Assembly (NCBI GenBank): GCA_040902005.1
Contig: JBBDYA010000066.1
Location: 1-29,652, forward strand
Origin: Gemmatimonadaceae bacterium
GTDB taxonomy: Bacteria > Gemmatimonadota > Gemmatimonadetes > Gemmatimonadales > Gemmatimonadaceae
Direction of reading: 5' to 3'
DNA: 29,652 nucleotides
The translations under genes were made by a program, and so were the position numbers. Each line of letters starts with the position of its first letter. Within the stretch, counting starts at the first letter, position 1. Below, one piece after another: positions 28,385-29,652 of this stretch. Below the pieces are notes generated by a model that saw only the letters and a program-made list of their open reading frames with translations, ran no database searches and was not told the origin of the DNA.

Positions 28385-29073
28385 TGCGCGCGCTCTTGGT
28401 GGTAACGGTGCTGGCGCTCGGCGCGGCGACGGTGGCAGGGGCCCAGGTGCCGGCCGGGCCGGAAGTTCCGAGCGCGGCCAAGCCGCAGCGGTCGGGAGGC
28501 GAGCTGCGCGTCAGCGGCTTCATGATCAACGGGGATCGCTCGTATGAGTTCTTCAACGACGTGAACACCCAGACGGGTTCGGTTCGCGGCGTGGACGTGC
28601 TGCTGCGCCATACCGCCATCGGCATCGGCGTGCGCTCCTGGACCTCCACGTACGGCACCCAACCCAACGTCGCGAGCGCCGACGCGCGGCTGTACCTCTT
28701 TCCGCCGGTGTTCTCGATCATGTTGGGCGCCGGCCGCCGCGCGGTCTGGAGCGACTTGAACGAAGACGCGCCCTCGCAGTTGGACTTCGGGCTGGTCGGC
28801 ATCAGCAGCACGGTCGCCATCGGCGGCTCCGGACTGCGCACGAACGTGAGCGGCGCGATGATGATAGGCGCACCCGACGCCGCCTCGGACAGCGATCCGT
28901 CGGCCGGATTGGAGGGCGAGGCATCCATCCTGTATAGGATTCCGAAAGTGCCGATCTTCCTCCAGCTGGGCTACCGCACGGAGCTCTTCACCGCCAGGAA
29001 TTCCACCTTCGAGACGCCCCAGGAGGCGCGGGGCGTTCGCCTCGGCGCCGGGTTGCAGTTCGGCGGCCGCTAA
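28384..29073 (+). CDS. Putative small outer-membrane beta-barrel protein
   Basis: TGATG coupling; signal peptide ending AGA-Q; alternating hydrophobic strands (GVDVLL, ADARLYLF, GLEGEASILY, IFLQLGYR); terminal GVRLGAGLQF resembling a beta-signal. Confidence 0.65.
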   Translation: MRALLVVTVLALGAATVAGAQVPAGPEVPSAAKPQRSGGELRVSGFMINGDRSYEFFNDVNTQTGSVRGVDVLLRHTAIGIGVRSWTSTYGTQPNVASADARLYLFPPVFSIMLGAGRRAVWSDLNEDAPSQLDFGLVGISSTVAIGGSGLRTNVSGAMMIGAPDAASDSDPSAGLEGEASILYRIPKVPIFLQLGYRTELFTARNSTFETPQEARGVRLGAGLQFGGR

Positions 29074-29085
29074 CAACTGGTTGAA

Positions 29086-29137
29086 CGCAGGAAAAAAGGA
29101 GCGCCGGCCCCTTGGCCGGGCGCTCCTTTTTCCTGCG
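29086..29137. terminator. Bidirectional intrinsic terminator between the plus-strand cluster and rpoC
   Basis: CGCAGGAAAAAAGGAGCGCCGGCC-CCTT-GGCCGGGCGCTCCTTTTTCCTGCG: GC stem flanked by A-tract and T-tract. Confidence 0.92.
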
Positions 29138-29157
29138 CTCCCCCCCCTATCCCGCGC

Positions 29158-29652
29158 CTACTCTTCGCCGAACGGAGAACCAGACTCCGCGAACGCCGAC
29201 GGAAGCGGCGGAAGCACTGGCTCGGGCAGCGGAAGCGGCTCGAAGCCCTCCGGCACCTCGATGTCCATCTCGACTTCCTGATACCGATACATCCCGGTGC
29301 CAGCCGGAATCAGGTGGCCGATGATGATGTTCTCCTTCAGGCCAAGGAGATTGTCCTTCGCGCCACGGATTGCCGCGTCCGTGAGCACGCGCGTGGTCTC
29401 CTGGAACGACGCGGCCGAGATGAAGGACTGCGTGGTGAGCGACGCCTTGGTGATGCCGAGCAGCAGCGGCTCCGCCTTGGACGGATCCTGCTTCTTCTTC
29501 TTGGCGCGATCGTTCTCCGCGCGGAAGACCTGCTTGTCCACGTGCTCGCCCTCGAGGAACTCTGTGTCCCCCGGCTCGAGCACGCGCACCTTCTGGAGCA
29601 TCTGGCGCACGATCACGCCGATGTGCTTGTCGTTGATCTTCACGCCCTGGAG
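29158..29652 (-). CDS. rpoC: DNA-directed RNA polymerase beta' subunit, C-terminal fragment
   Basis: [52 protein letters not shown]; frame open to the window edge. Confidence 0.99.
   Translation of the reverse strand, partial: LQGVKINDKHIGVIVRQMLQKVRVLEPGDTEFLEGEHVDKQVFRAENDRAKKKKQDPSKAEPLLLGITKASLTTQSFISAASFQETTRVLTDAAIRGAKDNLLGLKENIIIGHLIPAGTGMYRYQEVEMDIEVPEGFEPLPLPEPVLPPLPSAFAESGSPFGEE

Noticed and set aside
17313..29073. Interpretation as a type VI secretion (PpkA/Fha) cluster, prophage, transposon or integrative element
   Set aside because: No Hcp, VgrG, TssB/C or ClpV, and no integrase, transposase, phage genes or flanking att-like repeats were seen.

Overview
High-GC bacterial chromosomal window; the EF-Tu and ribosomal protein signatures suggest Gemmatimonadota, which is an inference. 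The minus strand carries the translation core: the 3' end of rpoC, rpsL-rpsG, fusA-tuf, the S10 cluster (rpsJ to rpsQ) and the spc cluster through rplR and the start of rpsE. The usual rpoC-rpsL-rpsG-fusA order is interrupted twice. (1) Between rpsG and fusA lie a plus-strand lipoprotein gene (Ig-like plus beta-propeller) and a ~510 bp intergenic region. That region holds a near-consensus sigma70 promoter and a ~300 nt highly structured leader ending in a terminator-like hairpin, a candidate new cis-regulatory RNA for fusA-tuf-S10. (2) Between rpoC and rpsL lie a PlsB-like acyltransferase and a six-gene plus-strand cluster. The cluster encodes a 2xFHA-TM-coiled-coil-trypsin protease, a 1673-aa Ig-repeat/propeller lipoprotein, a zinc-ribbon Ser/Thr kinase with a C-terminal PEGA-like domain, two secreted proteins that share domains in a chain with the kinase and each other, and a putative outer-membrane beta-barrel. 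It is the best candidate for an undescribed trans-envelope phospho-signalling/proteolysis system. All calls come from reading the sequence and recognising motifs; no database searches were run.
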